Positions 35,701 to 48,345 of a stretch of 64,000 nucleotides of DNA are shown piece after piece (position 1 is the first letter of the stretch; each line of letters begins with the position of its first letter). The position numbers and the translations under genes were made by a program. Under the pieces are notes generated by a model. That model did not search any database. It was not told the DNA's origin and was given only the letters and a program-made list of their open reading frames with translations. The DNA comes from Lytechinus pictus (Eukaryota): positions 41,108,001 through 41,172,000 of the forward strand of contig NC_087251.1 in assembly GCF_037042905.1 (NCBI RefSeq). The letters run 5' to 3'.

Positions 35701-38700
35701 GGACTGACAACTGATTAATTGCATTAGTTATTTATTGCCGCAACTTATATTATCATAATGAAGACACATCATTTACACATACATGTATGAAAAAATGAAA
35801 CATTTATAATTTCATGTAATAACATAAGAAAAAGGAAAGTGGAGATGTGGCATCATCAGCCCACCAAATGAATATTCATGACGATGTGCATATAATTGTT
35901 TTCATAAAATATTGATAAACTGTAAAATTCAATATCTTCGTTATTTGTTATCCGATTTTGATGAAATTTTCAGCATTTTGCTCTGTGAATTTTACTCTAT
36001 TTATTTAGATATAAATATTTTCAGCCTGGACCATCCCTTTAAATGGCCTATCAAGATAATTGTTGCATGCGCATTTAGCTCAGTAGACTGCATTATCAAG
36101 GAGGCGCGATAGCTCAGTCGGTAGAGCGGGGGACTCGTATTCCGGTGACCCGGGTTCGACCCGGGTTCGATTCCCACTTGGTGCGCTAGTGCCCTTTGGT
36201 AAGGCATTAATCCTCAGTACCAGGTCCTTCGGAGGGGACCTTAAGCCATCGGTCCTCTGGTTGCTTGCTTACAAGCATTCATGCTTTCTTAGCAATCAGG
36301 TAAAAAAATCACCACCACCAGGGACCAATCAGAATTGCTCTTTCAAAGTAGCGATTAATCGCTAACCTTTGTGTGACGGGGCCCAGGCATATTGGTAAAC
36401 CAATTGAAGTTCCTCAATATTGGCATTAACCATATAAAGAACATACATAATTACAATTTATCAAAGGAAAATCCTCCCATTGCCAATCAAACCAAGACAC
36501 ATGCATGCGATGTCACGCATGAACAACTCTCCCCTATGGACACACTGAAAATATACCCCCAGACATCTCTATTTTTTATCATTCTTGTGATAATACAAAC
36601 TCTTTGTCCATATATATTATACTGTGCTGCTATAAACAGAAAACAACAGAAAGATATACTACATAATAGTGATGATTTTAGTGAAATATATGATTTGTCC
36701 ACATGGAAGTTGTTTGTTTGTAAAATGATACATCTTGGTCACATTGCCAAATGGAGGATGTCCTTTTAGTCATCTCAACATTCAAATGATCATAAAATTT
36801 CTTATCATTCAATATCATTTATTCCATTCTTCTCAAACTTCCATTGACCTGCTGATTTGATTTTTATGTTTTATAAAATGAGGGAACTTGTATATAATAG
36901 TTTTTACACTGTGAACAATATCACTATCGCTTTTTTTTTTTACAGATATGTCTTTCTGAGGCTTCTTTGTGATATAAACCGACATTGATTTGATAAAATG
37001 CTTCTTTATTAAAAAAAAGATATAAGTACCACTTCCTTATTGTTCACAACTGAATATATATTTCTGTACTTACAGCATTGTCAATAAAATCATCCATAAG
37101 GCTGACTTGTAGATTCTGTTTTTCTTCTGCATATCCAGTTAAATAGAATGGTGCAAGACACACAACATTGATCATTTTGAGGAAAGGGGAACGGTACCTT
37201 ATCATGGCCTGTAAAACAAAGAAAAGTCTGGATTAAAAACTTGAACTTGAAGGATTTGTTCAATGTAGTTTGCTAAAACCCATAGTACAGATCTAATGCA
37301 ATGCAACAAGTATCATGCAAACCTCTGTCAATTTTAACTGTAGGAAATTGACTAGCAACCATTGCTCATAATTGGGTAAATTTGTGGACAGGAATGTTTG
37401 CACTACTACAATGAACATTTAAAAGATAAAATCAATTTTAATTGTACATGTATATGAGCAGAACATTACAGGAAGAGACGTAATTATGTACCGGTATACA
37501 TGTATCTATCAGGTAATCACTTAATTTACACTTCAATTTTAGTTCTTACGTCATGAAAATGTAAACATTGTTACAACAGTCAATTTGCATGAAATTAACT
37601 GAAGTTTTGAACCATCAATAAAAAAATATAAATTATATCCTCATCAGAATTCTAGTTTTATTTACATGTAGTTCTTACATCATGAAAATGTAGACATTAT
37701 TACAATGTTCAGTCAATTTGCATACATTAAACTGAAGATTTGAACCATCAATAAAAAAGATAAACATTCTCTTCGGAATTCTAGTTTAATATGTGAATTA
37801 ATACTCTTGGACAGTTCTTCATTGCAAGAATCTCCAATACACAGGGCCTGACCTTTACTTTTTTTTTAGGGAGCCAGCCGGGCTCCTCAACCACTTTTTT
37901 AGGGAGCCCGCAAGGGGTTCAGGGAGCCCAAGTTTATCACATTTTTTTTTGGTCATAACAATGGTCAGTATTAAAACACACCAACAAAATTCCTTGTTTT
38001 TATAATCATCGATACCAGGTGTACTATTATTAAGTAAATGTGAGGATTAACTGAACTGAAGAATTAATCTTACAGCAATTGACTTTTGTGAAGCCCTTTT
38101 GTTACAGTAACAGTCTAACATTGGACTTCAGGTTTTATCAGAATGAGATATAGCACTGGATAAGTCACTCTTCCTTGCTTCGTCTGTTCAAATTTATATT
38201 CATTCAATCGTCAATATTGCTCAACAGATTGAGCAAGCAATAATTAATATAATTTGCAGAGAGGAAAATAAATGACAAAAACTATTGAAAATGCGTTTAA
38301 CCACTAGGAATACACTTTTCTTTCAGAACTTTCCCAAAATATGATATTTTCATCCTTTGCTCAATCTGTTTCATTGCATATTCAATTTCCACTAAAATGG
38401 ACATTCATCTCATCCATTATTTCAGAACTGACATCTTTGTTTACATTAAACTCAGCCACAGGCACTAGGAATGCCCAAGGGGCTCATACAATGACCCTCC
38501 CCCCCATGGACATACCATTGTAACCAAGCAACACAGGCTCAATGTTGACAGTTATGAGGTCACTCACTGTTTTTATGAATGAACTTTCTTGGCTGATACT
38601 AGAAAAACTTAAGGAGCAAGCCGGGCTTTTTGATTTACTTTCTAAGGAGCCCGCCAAGGTTTTAGGGAGCCAATTGCCACCGGGCTCCCGCTAAAGTCGA

Positions 38701-41700
38701 GCCCTGAATTACACCACATTTCATCTGAGCACTCCAACACTTACTGGTCTCGACGACTTTGACGTAATTTCATCGGATTTTGAAAAAGTTTCAATCTTGA
38801 CCATGAAGACTCCTGTAAATATGTGTAAGGGAAAAAATGTACTCTATTCAAGATAAAATCAAATGTGAAAACAACAAGGAACAACGTGTGAATAAAACTC
38901 AAATAAAGATCTTTGCTCGAGGCCCACACTCTTGCATCTGATTTATTTGTAGCCTTCACATTTAATAAAGTTATACATTTAGGCCTAAATGTAATACTAG
39001 TTTCATCATTCAGTGCTGCCAAACTCTCTGCCAAAAATCTTATTTTCAGAAAGAAAAATTCCATCTATCATCACCTGTCTTTTACTTTTGAAGACATTGA
39101 GATGATTTTCCCATGGCTGTGATATGGCTGCTGGAAGCTTGGAAAACCATGGACCTACATGTACATGAAGGGTTCTTCCACTCTGTATGCTTTAAAATGC
39201 ACTTCATGTGTTGGGATGTATTTTCTTTATAATTATACAAGTATTAAGAAGCTTCAAATATTAAGAACATCAATGAATATGACCATTTACTTTTGAAATT
39301 AGGATGAGAATAAATTTTCATATTAAAGTTGTTGACCTGAAATGGCTTTTCCCCTTGTTAATGACTTTACTCAGAGAAAATATCTGATACTTGATACTCC
39401 TTAATACACACAAGCGAAGCATGAAATAAGAAAACAATATATATTGCTTTTCAAAAAAAGAAGGGAAAAAAATAGTATACCTACTGTGTCAGTGGCGGAC
39501 CGTGACCCGGAGAAGACAATTGATTGGAGGGGCACTGTATTTTTTGTGAACAATGCTGTGCCCCTCCAATGCTTTGTCTGTCACCTCCGGGTCACGGTCC
39601 GCCACTGTACTGAGTATTAGCTAAACCTGAAAAATTCATAACCTCAAATTACCTTTGATGTACGGTATAAAAAAGTTTGATTTCGACTTGGTAATATTTA
39701 ATGCATTTTATCATTTTCATGTCATTTGTCATATTCAATTTTATTTTACACATGTTAAATAAATCCTATTCCATGTAAATCCTTTTGAAATACTCAATGA
39801 ACTAAGTATAATGTAAATTTTTATCTGAGGTAATTAATCTTGAGTGACCTTTAACTTTGACCAAGTATTTTATTGACAAATATTTACCGTGTTTACATGT
39901 GCATCGGCTCGCGGTTCAGAACCAAAAGCCGATGCAGAATCGGCTTTTGGTTTATCTTGCACCACGTTTACACGCTGTCACAGCTCGCGGTGCAGAATCG
40001 GCTCGTGTGGCAAAAACCTGAAATGATCCGCGCACCAACAATATACGTCATAATAAAGACAACACTGGATCCGTGCGCTTTGAAGTACGTCACAACGGTA
40101 TTTAGTAAATGAAATGCGCGCTAATTGCCGATGCAGAATCGGCTTTCTGTTTACACGTAGAAAAGAGCCGATTCTGCATCGGCTCGCGGTTCTGAACCTA
40201 CTACTTTGGTGGTGCAAAATTGCCGATTCTACACTGAGAGCCGATGCAAGTTAATCGCGTTTAAACAAAAAAGCCGATTCTGTATCGGCTCGCGGTTCTG
40301 AACCACGAGCCGATGCAGCATGTAAACACGGTAATTGTAATGTTCAACTGTTGTCAATTAGCACAAAAAAATACAAACTACGGCAAAATCATACTGATTG
40401 GCAGTTCTCCTTTTCATCTGTTATTTTTTGTTACAATCACAATGCAATCATGGGCTAAACAGGCTTGAAAGGCCTAAATTAAATGGTCCTGGCAATATCT
40501 TAAAATAAAAATCACCCGTATAGTTATTGAAATACAGAGAAATATTTGATTTTGATAGAAATTTAGACCCATCTACAGTAAAATCAATGAAAAATATCAA
40601 GAAAATGTTCAAATCTTTGTTCTCATTCATAAGTTCTAAGACCATTCAAATCTATTTATATTGTTAATCAGCTACATGTATAACATGAAACAAGTCTCAG
40701 TTTTTGCAAGTTTGCATAATACATGTACAAGGATAATTATTTGCACTTTGAATAGTAGAATACACTGTACCCTTGAAGGGAGATTATTCAATCTAATCAA
40801 TTGTCTTGAATTAGGCAATCATTAATGTACCTGTAAGAGGAAACCTACAAGTACATGTAGATACTGGCTTTCAAAGTGCCTTTCAGAACCATGAAACATG
40901 TATGTAAAATCATAAAACAAAAATTGCCTTGTTTCAGTACATTTAGGGTATTTTCGACGATACCAATGGATTTATCAGGCTTCAGGCTAGTAAACATATA
41001 ACATAAATAGGCACCAGAATCAGCTAAATAAGGCCTCCAATATTTAAGGAAAAAAAATTAGGACTGTTTGCATTCTCGACAGACGATAACTCAGCATCTT
41101 TAGGCCACACCCCCTCAACATAGTTTTTCTGGTCACACTGACCCATTTTTCACCAGATTTTCTTTAAAATGATGTCATCGATCAGGACAACAAGCACATT
41201 CAAATGAGATATGGAAACTTGATTCTGAATTCTGATGTATACATGTATGTCACCCATTTATAAGTTCCAACCTCTACTTTTAGAATTAGCATTTTATGGC
41301 TTTACTTTAATGCAGGCAAAACATTTTTTCTCGGTCTCCTTTTCATAACCTACGGCCACAATCTGCAACATTCAACAAGCTTTAAAGGGGTGGTCCGGGC
41401 TGAAAATATTTATATCTAAATTAATAGAGTAAAATTCACAAAGTAAAATGCTGAAAATTTCATCAAAATTGGATAACAAATAACAAAGTTATTGAATTTT
41501 AAAGTTTATCAATATTTTGTGATAACAGTTACATGCACATCGTCATGAATATTCATTAGGTGGGCTAATGATGTCACACGCCCACTTTCCTTTTTCTTAT
41601 ATTATCACATGAAACCATAAATGTTTCATTTTTTCATACATGTGTAAATGATGTGTCTCCATTATGATGAAATAAGTTGCGGCAATAAATAACGCACTTA

Positions 41701-44700
41701 ATCACTTTTCAATCCAATTGTTTTAGTTCTTGGTAGAAAAATTTTGAATAAACCTAATTTCATATAATAAAATACAAAAGAACAAGAGGGGATATAACAT
41801 CATCAGCCCACCTAATGAATATTCACAAAGACATGCCTAGAACTGTTTCACTGGAATAATGCAAATCTTTAAAATTCCATAACTTTGTTATTTGTTATCC
41901 AATTTGGATCAAATTTTCAGCATTTTGTGACTGTTACTCTATTTATTGATATATTTCCAGCCTGGACATTCCCTTTAACATTGCAGTGAATGAGGATTTT
42001 CCAGGGCTCCACACACCATGCCCCTGTGTAATTCTTCCCCTGAACTAATGGATTAAACATGAGAATAGGCCTACTGTGCTGTGTATGAACTAAGATTGGG
42101 AGAATGAAAAATATGTTCATGTTGACCAGGGGCCCCCGTCTTACAAGGAGTTGCGAGTGATCCGATCAATCGCAACTATGGAAAGCCAGCAAAGTCGACA
42201 TATGAAATGCATGTTTGTTCAAGAATTCTAGATACGAAAGTATACCCATAAAGTCATTGATTTCTTGACTATTTGGTGTGTATTCCTTTGTTTACAAAGG
42301 ACATTTTGCAAATTTCCTGTAGAAAAAATTATGACACTGATGGATTTCCATAGAGTTACGATTGATTGGATCAATCGTAACTCTTTGTAAGATGGGGCCC
42401 TGGATTAGAATCATCAAACCACCTTATGTTGCCATGATCTGTAAAGTCATTTACAGTTCCTGCCCATTTGCCAGGAAACAGTGTATAACAGACCATCTGC
42501 CTGTGGTGATTGCTGGTAAAGCAGTTGGCTATCAATAAAACATAAAGGCTATGCTGCTGAGTGAGCTCAACTTGAAATTTCCCCTGTATTAAGACTGCAA
42601 CAAGCTTGATATTTCAGGATGTTTATCTCATTTTCATTATTAACTTGATGGTAATTCTAAAAGATTAACAATAAAAGGGGGGGGGGAATATTAATGTCCC
42701 AATGCAGCATTTAAAATTCCCTGATAATTATTTGAACCCATTCCCAGTTTCGCATGTTTTCTAAGTTGTTGCAGTGAATTACATACATATATGTACATGT
42801 ATTTTTAGTATAAAAACTGTACTGCAGTCAAAGAGGCTACACTAAAACACCACCATAACCAGTCATTCAATGGATGTTGTTTTTGCAACAAACAGAGTCT
42901 GACTGAACCGTGCTTTCGACTTTTGGGTCGATCAAAATTCCCTGATTTTTCCCTCATTTCAGGCATTTTCCCCTTATTTGAGGTATTTTTTCTTTATCGG
43001 TTCCCTGATTTTCCCTGACTGGAAAAAAGTAGAATAATTTTCCCTGGTGGGCTGGGAACCCTGCAATGTTGTCCAAAATGAGTTCATTATTTTTTTTATC
43101 ATATTCATTTATTTTCAGATTTTGGTTTTATAGCCATTTGTAGTCAGAATATTGTGCAGGTATAAATACCCTCAACTTTATAATAATTATAATTATTTGA
43201 TGTTATCATGAAAATATAGCCCCCCCCAAAAAAAAAAAAAAATGTGTGTATGTGTATATATATACATTGGCAGCGAAAGCCAAAAAATTTAACAAGCACA
43301 GGAAAAAAAAAAAAAAGGTTATCATAAATATCAACCAAAATTTTAGGGGGGACCAACAAAAAAATTTTGACAAGCAAAAAAAAAACAAAAATAAGGTTAT
43401 CAACTAAAAATTTAGGGGGATTATCCCCCCACCTCAAATCTAGGGGGGACAGGTCCCCCCCGCCTATGTATATATGTATAAATCAAGCTACTGTACAGTA
43501 CAAACTCAAAGTCACCTTCACACAACCTGAATTGTACAAGTTTATCAATACCCAAATAAACACTATGAGAGATTATATTGTATGCAAATAATGACTCATG
43601 CAATTTTATATCAAATAAAGAATAAAAAGTGTGTAAACATTATCTAGAATGCATGCACTGGAAAGTGTCATGGACGAGGGACTTAGAAATACTTTTAAAC
43701 TCATCTTGAAAATATCTTCATCTTGGTTTAGGTTTTTGATGTTGATAAAGCTCATTGACCCTCAATGACCTTTCTTTGACCTTGGTCATGTGACTTGAAA
43801 CTCTGAAATGACCAGTGACAGTTGATTGCCCTTACATGTATGTCCAAGTTTTATGAAATAGGTTATTACGCCTTCATCATTATGAAAATTTGTTAATCTT
43901 GTTGATGCCATTGGAACCATCACCGATGGAAAAATGGCGCCTTTGTCTCACTTCTGCTATGCAGGTGAGACAAAACTATTGGCATACATGTACATGTAGC
44001 TGTTCAGAAACTAAATTGATAAATTCCCTCTTTCAATTCAGTACAATACATGTATGTGACCTTATTAATTTGGTTAATTATTGTTATCATTGGTTTTCTT
44101 TCCAGAATATAATGCTGGTAGAGAAAAAAATACAAAAAAGGCCTACTGAAAATAGGAATACAAGTTGTATACAATTTAACATTTTTTTCATACCAAAGAA
44201 TTTCAGAATCAATTCTGGAGGTAAAGTGGCCCGTAACACAAAGCTTAGCAATGATCATAGAACATTTTTCTATGATTGATTCCATTGACTACAATGTACA
44301 ATCAATCGTGAAAATCAAGCGTATGATTAATTGCTAACCTTTGTGTTACGGGCCCCTGGTATTGTACATGTACACATGAGTGGCAAAAAATATGTAAAAT
44401 GGTTAGTCTAAAGACATGATATGTACATGTACATTATTATTCATTTACTTATGGAAAAATGGCAAAAACAAGGAAAAGGGCATGTTTGAGGGAATATAAT
44501 TTTATCCATGTCTAGGGTATTATATTGGTCTGGACTAAGCCGTAGTCTGGACTCCCGTTTATCGAGTTTACATATGTATGTCTGGTGGACTTGTTTGGTG
44601 GATAAAATGGAAAAATATACATTAATAAAATTAATATAAAAAAATAAAATTATGAGATTTTGGATGTTTTCAAAAATATGTGATCGCTCATGCGTACAAC

Positions 44701-47700
44701 AAGTCAGTGCATGTACATGTACATGTAGTTGAGTGCCCCCTTCCCCCATTTATCACCTCTTATCATCTATCATTGTCAACTCACCTAGGTCCTCATTGAC
44801 TGGAGACTGAGGCATATCCATATCCAATAACATATGATACCTCTGTCCTGGCATGAATAACTGTAATAGATATGAAAATATGATGTCATCACTTTAAAAT
44901 TCATCTAACTTCAGGAGGGGTGTCTGAGAAATGTTGTCCACAGGGGTGGCTCCAAGGTATTCCAATATGGAAACCTACATGTAAAAGTGAGGCCATTTCT
45001 CATTAATTTAGGGCATTTATTAGGGTATTATATGGCTATCCCATTTTGATTTCTGACTTCTGCACATAAAATTAATGCAAAGATTCATTTAGTCAAGAAG
45101 CAGAATAAAACTGTTTATTTACCTAAAACGGGTACCTAGAATTAGATCTACAATGTATGACCTGTCTATTAACACCCTTCTTTCTTTTGTTCCCCTTCTC
45201 CCTTATTTTCCCCCCATTTTTTATCAATTATTGTATCATTTTTTTTTTAGGGCTACTCATCAAGTCATATATTCTCAAATCATTGTCATCATGCAATTAT
45301 CATTTTATGGAATTATTAATTTATATATCTTCCAGTAATTTACCTAATCATTGCACAATTTTATGTATATCATTTGGATGGGTAGCTGAACATGATTGGT
45401 CAAACCAAAAATGTGAGAAAAAATTATAAATTTTGTTTAAAATGTAATGAAACCTACAAATGAATAGAAGTCAAATTTAATTTATGCCTGCAAGGACCTT
45501 CATACACACTGATTTTATCATGGCAATAGTAATGTTCAGGAAGAATATATATTGTGAGCAATATTTTTGACACAATTTGCTCAAAGTCAAACATTCACTT
45601 CCAAATAATTCTTGTAATATATAAAGCCTTCATTGTCAAAACAAATACTTCAAGAAATGGTAATGAGCTCACATTAATGACTAACCATTTGTTTGAAGTG
45701 TATGTGCTACACATGGATATGATTTGTCCAGTATTTAGCAAAATAACATCTTTGATGGACTTTCCCAAAACCTTCACCAATCTTTCAATCAATTTTTGAA
45801 ATTTGAAAATTCTTGGTAGAAGTTTTGTATCCCCTACTTAGTGCTATCATATAGAGCACAAAGAATTGATCAACAAAACGAGAAGTTTTTTTTTTCTTCA
45901 TTTGTGCATGAATTTCACATCAATTAGTTAAATCATTTTTCTAGTCAAAATTTCTGAATTCCGAGTACATGTTGATTGGTAAACACTATGTACATGTAGC
46001 TCTACCCCCAAAAAAAATCATTTAACAAATAAAGAAGCATTTTTTTTTAGGGGGGGGGGGGGGACTTAAAAAACTGCTTTAACTAGCATATATATTCAAT
46101 GAGTTTTAAAATTCTGTGGGATATAGGTTTGAATCCCAAACAGTGCTTTCATAATGAAATTGGACATTAAACGGCAGAGAGGCATTTTCAAATTGTGGAC
46201 AAATGACAGACAACATGTAACTTTATATCTCATCTGGCCCACCAGGCCAATGAGCTTAAAAGGATTTACATTTATTGTTATATTTTCAGAATGATGTTTT
46301 TCTATTATGGGGACAAAAATCAATATGCTTTTTCTTACTGCCACTCACTAACCACGGACAAAGGTGCTTAATACATGTGGGATGATAATAAAATGAATCA
46401 GAGAGTTGACCTATCACATGTTATAATCTACTTAAAAAATTACCATTTTGAGATTTATCATAGCCAGATATCTTATTCCTGGTCCAATTTCTGTCAAACT
46501 TTCACACAAGCTCATGTTTTTCTTATTTTCCTCCTTTCACACAAATCAATTTCTTAATACCATGGTTGGATTTTTCTTTAGCTGTAATTGTAAAGCATTA
46601 GATTGCATTCTCATACAATGTGTGTACTCACCCTCTCTTGGACGGGATGATTTACAAGACTGATGTTTGTCTGAGGGAAAGGGCATGCCACACTTCCATC
46701 AAAACGATCACATAAACTGTTTAAAAAAATCAGAAGGCAATATGACATTTGAGAAAAGATGGAGTAATGCGTCTGGTAGCCAGTGCTGATCCTGAATTGC
46801 TGACTATGAAAACAACTACACAATAAAATAATAATTTGGTAAAGAGAGAGAAAAAGTGAAAAAAAAATTGATATTTATTAAATCTTAAGTTTGTTTGACC
46901 TCAAGTGGCCTTTAACCTTGACTTCAAAATTCATCATTTCATGTCACGTGTGACAAACAGTCACTAAAACTAAAGACACTAGACCTAGATCTAGTTTTAA
47001 TTAGTCCTAATGATGAAATGTGATTGAATAGTTTCCAAAATATTTGAACAAAATATCAATTATAATCCAAATTAATTGATCTGAATCTGAAATGACCTTT
47101 GGCTTGACCAAGTACCGGGTAAAGAATTAACTTTATTGCAAGTTCCCCCAAGTCTGCGCAGTCCCCCTTGTCTGCGCACACGCGTATCTGTGCGATTCTA
47201 TTAAAAGAAGATACGCAACGAGCACGAACTTTAAACATGCAATACATAGACAGGTATTCATAAAAAAATCTGACTCAAAATGGTGGAAAAATAATGAATT
47301 TAGGGCATTTCATGTGACGGCCTCAAAATGCAGCCTTTCATATCAAAATCCCCGATTCGTGTGCAAAGTGAATGAGTGCGCAGACATGGAGTATCATTTT
47401 TTTTTTCAATCTGAAAATGACTGCCCGAGGTTTTTCAAGAAAATCCTATATTTTCTTTCATTTTTTAATGAGAAATTTGGTACACTTACTCTTACTAATA
47501 TAAGGAACATTATTAACTGAAAGATTTTGTGAAATAAGAAGAAATTCATGTTAAATCTTAACTCAAATTGTTAGGTGCGCAGACTTGGGGCCCACCATCA
47601 TACTCATTTGTTTTTTTATCTGTTAAACCATTAGCATTACACTATTAACACAATAATGACCAATTAATCTCCAAATAATGTTGAAAATGAAAAATCTTAA

Positions 47701-48098
47701 ATTCCTAAATTTTGGTTATTATTTTTCAAAGTTGGGACCAATTTATTGACTGCAAAAAGGCAAAGTTACCATTGACCTTACTTTATAAACCTGAAATTTG
47801 GGGCACCGGGCGGGGTCGACTAAGCACCCCCTCCCCCGGGCCCCCTGTAACCGACCCCCTTCACCTTCAGTTTAATGAGCCATACTTACCCAAAATCAAA
47901 GTAAACTGGTTTCGTGTGCAATTCCGTCGGCATATAAGCATAATAAAATGTCCCATACATGAAGAATGCAAGCCATAGCTGAAAAGTTGTTAGAACGGTG
48001 AGCAGCACGACCTTCACCGCGGTGTTCCGGGCCCAAATCACCCAGTGAGACGATAAACTCTTTGCCCGTCTCAAAGCTCGTCGAACGGAAGCGACCAT
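29223..48098 (-). CDS. BSCL2: Seipin (BSCL2 homolog), full spliced CDS: 8 coding exons, 1380 nt, about 459 aa
   Basis: Exons 48098-47890, 46716-46632, 44860-44785, 38812-38745, 37208-37074, 34705-34608, 33829-33612 and 29713-29223 all have GT..AG boundaries with compatible phases. The translation shows seipin hallmarks: TM1 followed by YGTFYYAYMP, CPFPQTNISL, GQRY..DMPQSPVNEDLG, YRSP, EEKQ, HAQFTGLRYLMFYWP, TM2 and an acidic, disordered C-tail. Confidence 0.93.
33612..33829 (-). CDS. BSCL2: Seipin coding exon 7 (TM2)
   Basis: taccag| YLMFYWPVSSALVSVIANFCFLTVLSMMMW...MGEERS |gtttgt. The phase 1 donor matches the final exon. Confidence 0.87.
34608..34705 (-). CDS. BSCL2: Seipin coding exon 6
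   Basis: attcag| YKPTIKIGLEVRAKKIELYAVVLKVHAQFTGLR |gtaaga, phase 2. Confidence 0.92.
35434..36038. mobile_element. Kolobok/T2-type MITE
   Basis: TTAA|AGGGATGGTCCAGGCTG ... CAGCCTGGACCATCCCT|TTAA. Confidence 0.92.
36101..36320 (+). mobile_element. tRNA-derived SINE
   Basis: A box TAGCTCAGTCGG, B box GGTTCGATTCC (with a local ACCCGGGTTCG duplication), non-tRNA body, A-run/(CAC)n tail. Confidence 0.85.
37074..37208 (-). CDS. BSCL2: Seipin coding exon 5
   Basis: tttacag| AMIRYRSPFLKMINVVCLAPFYLTGYAEEKQNLQVSLMDDFIDNA |gtaagt. Confidence 0.93.
37842..38706. mobile_element. hAT-like non-autonomous element
   Basis: CAGGGC...GCCCTG termini with GGGAGCC subterminal repeats. TSD is degenerate. Confidence 0.62.
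38745..38812 (-). CDS. BSCL2: Seipin coding exon 4
   Basis: ttacag| (G)VFMVKIETFSKSDEITSKSSRP |gtaagt. Confidence 0.9.
39490..39607. mobile_element. 118-bp hairpin hAT MITE
   Basis: CAGTGGCGGACCGTGACCCGGAG ... CTCCGGGTCACGGTCCGCCACTG. TSD TACTGTGT/TACTGAGT. Confidence 0.88.
39887..40331. mobile_element. MITE with internal GCCGATGCAGAATCGGC hairpin repeats
   Basis: CCGTGTTTACATG...CATGTAAACACGG flanked by TA (or TTA/TAA). Superfamily is ambiguous. Confidence 0.8.
41386..41974. mobile_element. Kolobok/T2-type MITE (family of 35434, opposite orientation)
   Basis: TTAA|AGGGGTGGTCCGGGCTG ... CAGCCTGGACATTCCCT|TTAA. Confidence 0.9.
44785..44860 (-). CDS. BSCL2: Seipin coding exon 3
   Basis: ttacag| LFMPGQRYHMLLDMDMPQSPVNEDLG |gtgagt, phase 1. 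Confidence 0.93.
46632..46716 (-). CDS. BSCL2: Seipin coding exon 2
   Basis: aaacag| LCDRFDGSVACPFPQTNISLVNHPVQER |gtgagt. Contains the N-I-S sequon equivalent to human N88. Confidence 0.92.
47146..47590. mobile_element. MITE in BSCL2 intron 1
   Basis: Inverted CCCCAAGTCTGCGCA / TGCGCAGACTTGGGG. Ends are approximate. Confidence 0.55.
47890..48098 (-). CDS. BSCL2: Seipin coding exon 1 (start, TM1)
   Basis: ATG in aaaATGG context. MVASVRRALRRAK...LWLAFFMYGTFYYAYMPTELHTKPVYFDFG. Donor GG|GTAAGT, phase 2. The start codon choice is inferred. Confidence 0.88.
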
Positions 48099-48299
48099 TT
48101 TTGTTTTAACCACAGACACAGTCCAGCTACAAACTTGCAGTCAGCTTTGTTGCAATAATGATCGACAGTACCTTGGTCTGAACCTTTGTCAAAAAGTTGT
48201 TTGTTAAATTCACGTTAGCCAGGAAAGACTCAACAAGTATAAACGGCCAACATTCACAGCCACAGCTGACCCGAGTCGCATCATCAGCAAATATCATCA

Positions 48300-48345
48300 G
48301 CAGCCGAAAATTGTTGGTTCATGAAACAAAAGATGGCGCTGTAAC
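48300..48345 (-). promoter_or_regulatory. Probable BSCL2 promoter/TSS region with YY1-type motif
   Basis: AAGATGGCG at 48330-48338, at the edge of a CpG-richer segment about 230 bp upstream of the ATG. The TSS position is inferred. Confidence 0.4.

Larger units (their letters stand above)
35390..36386. mobile_element. PIF/Harbinger-like MITE hosting a Kolobok MITE and a SINE
   Basis: About 36-bp TIR GGGCCCCG..ACACAAAGGTTAG.GATTAAT.GCTA. An uninterrupted relative lies at about 44228-44356. Confidence 0.75.

Noticed and set aside
48099..48119. GTG-initiated N-terminal extension of seipin from the ORF track
   Set aside because: The track uses bacterial start rules. The ATG at 48098 has a good Kozak context.
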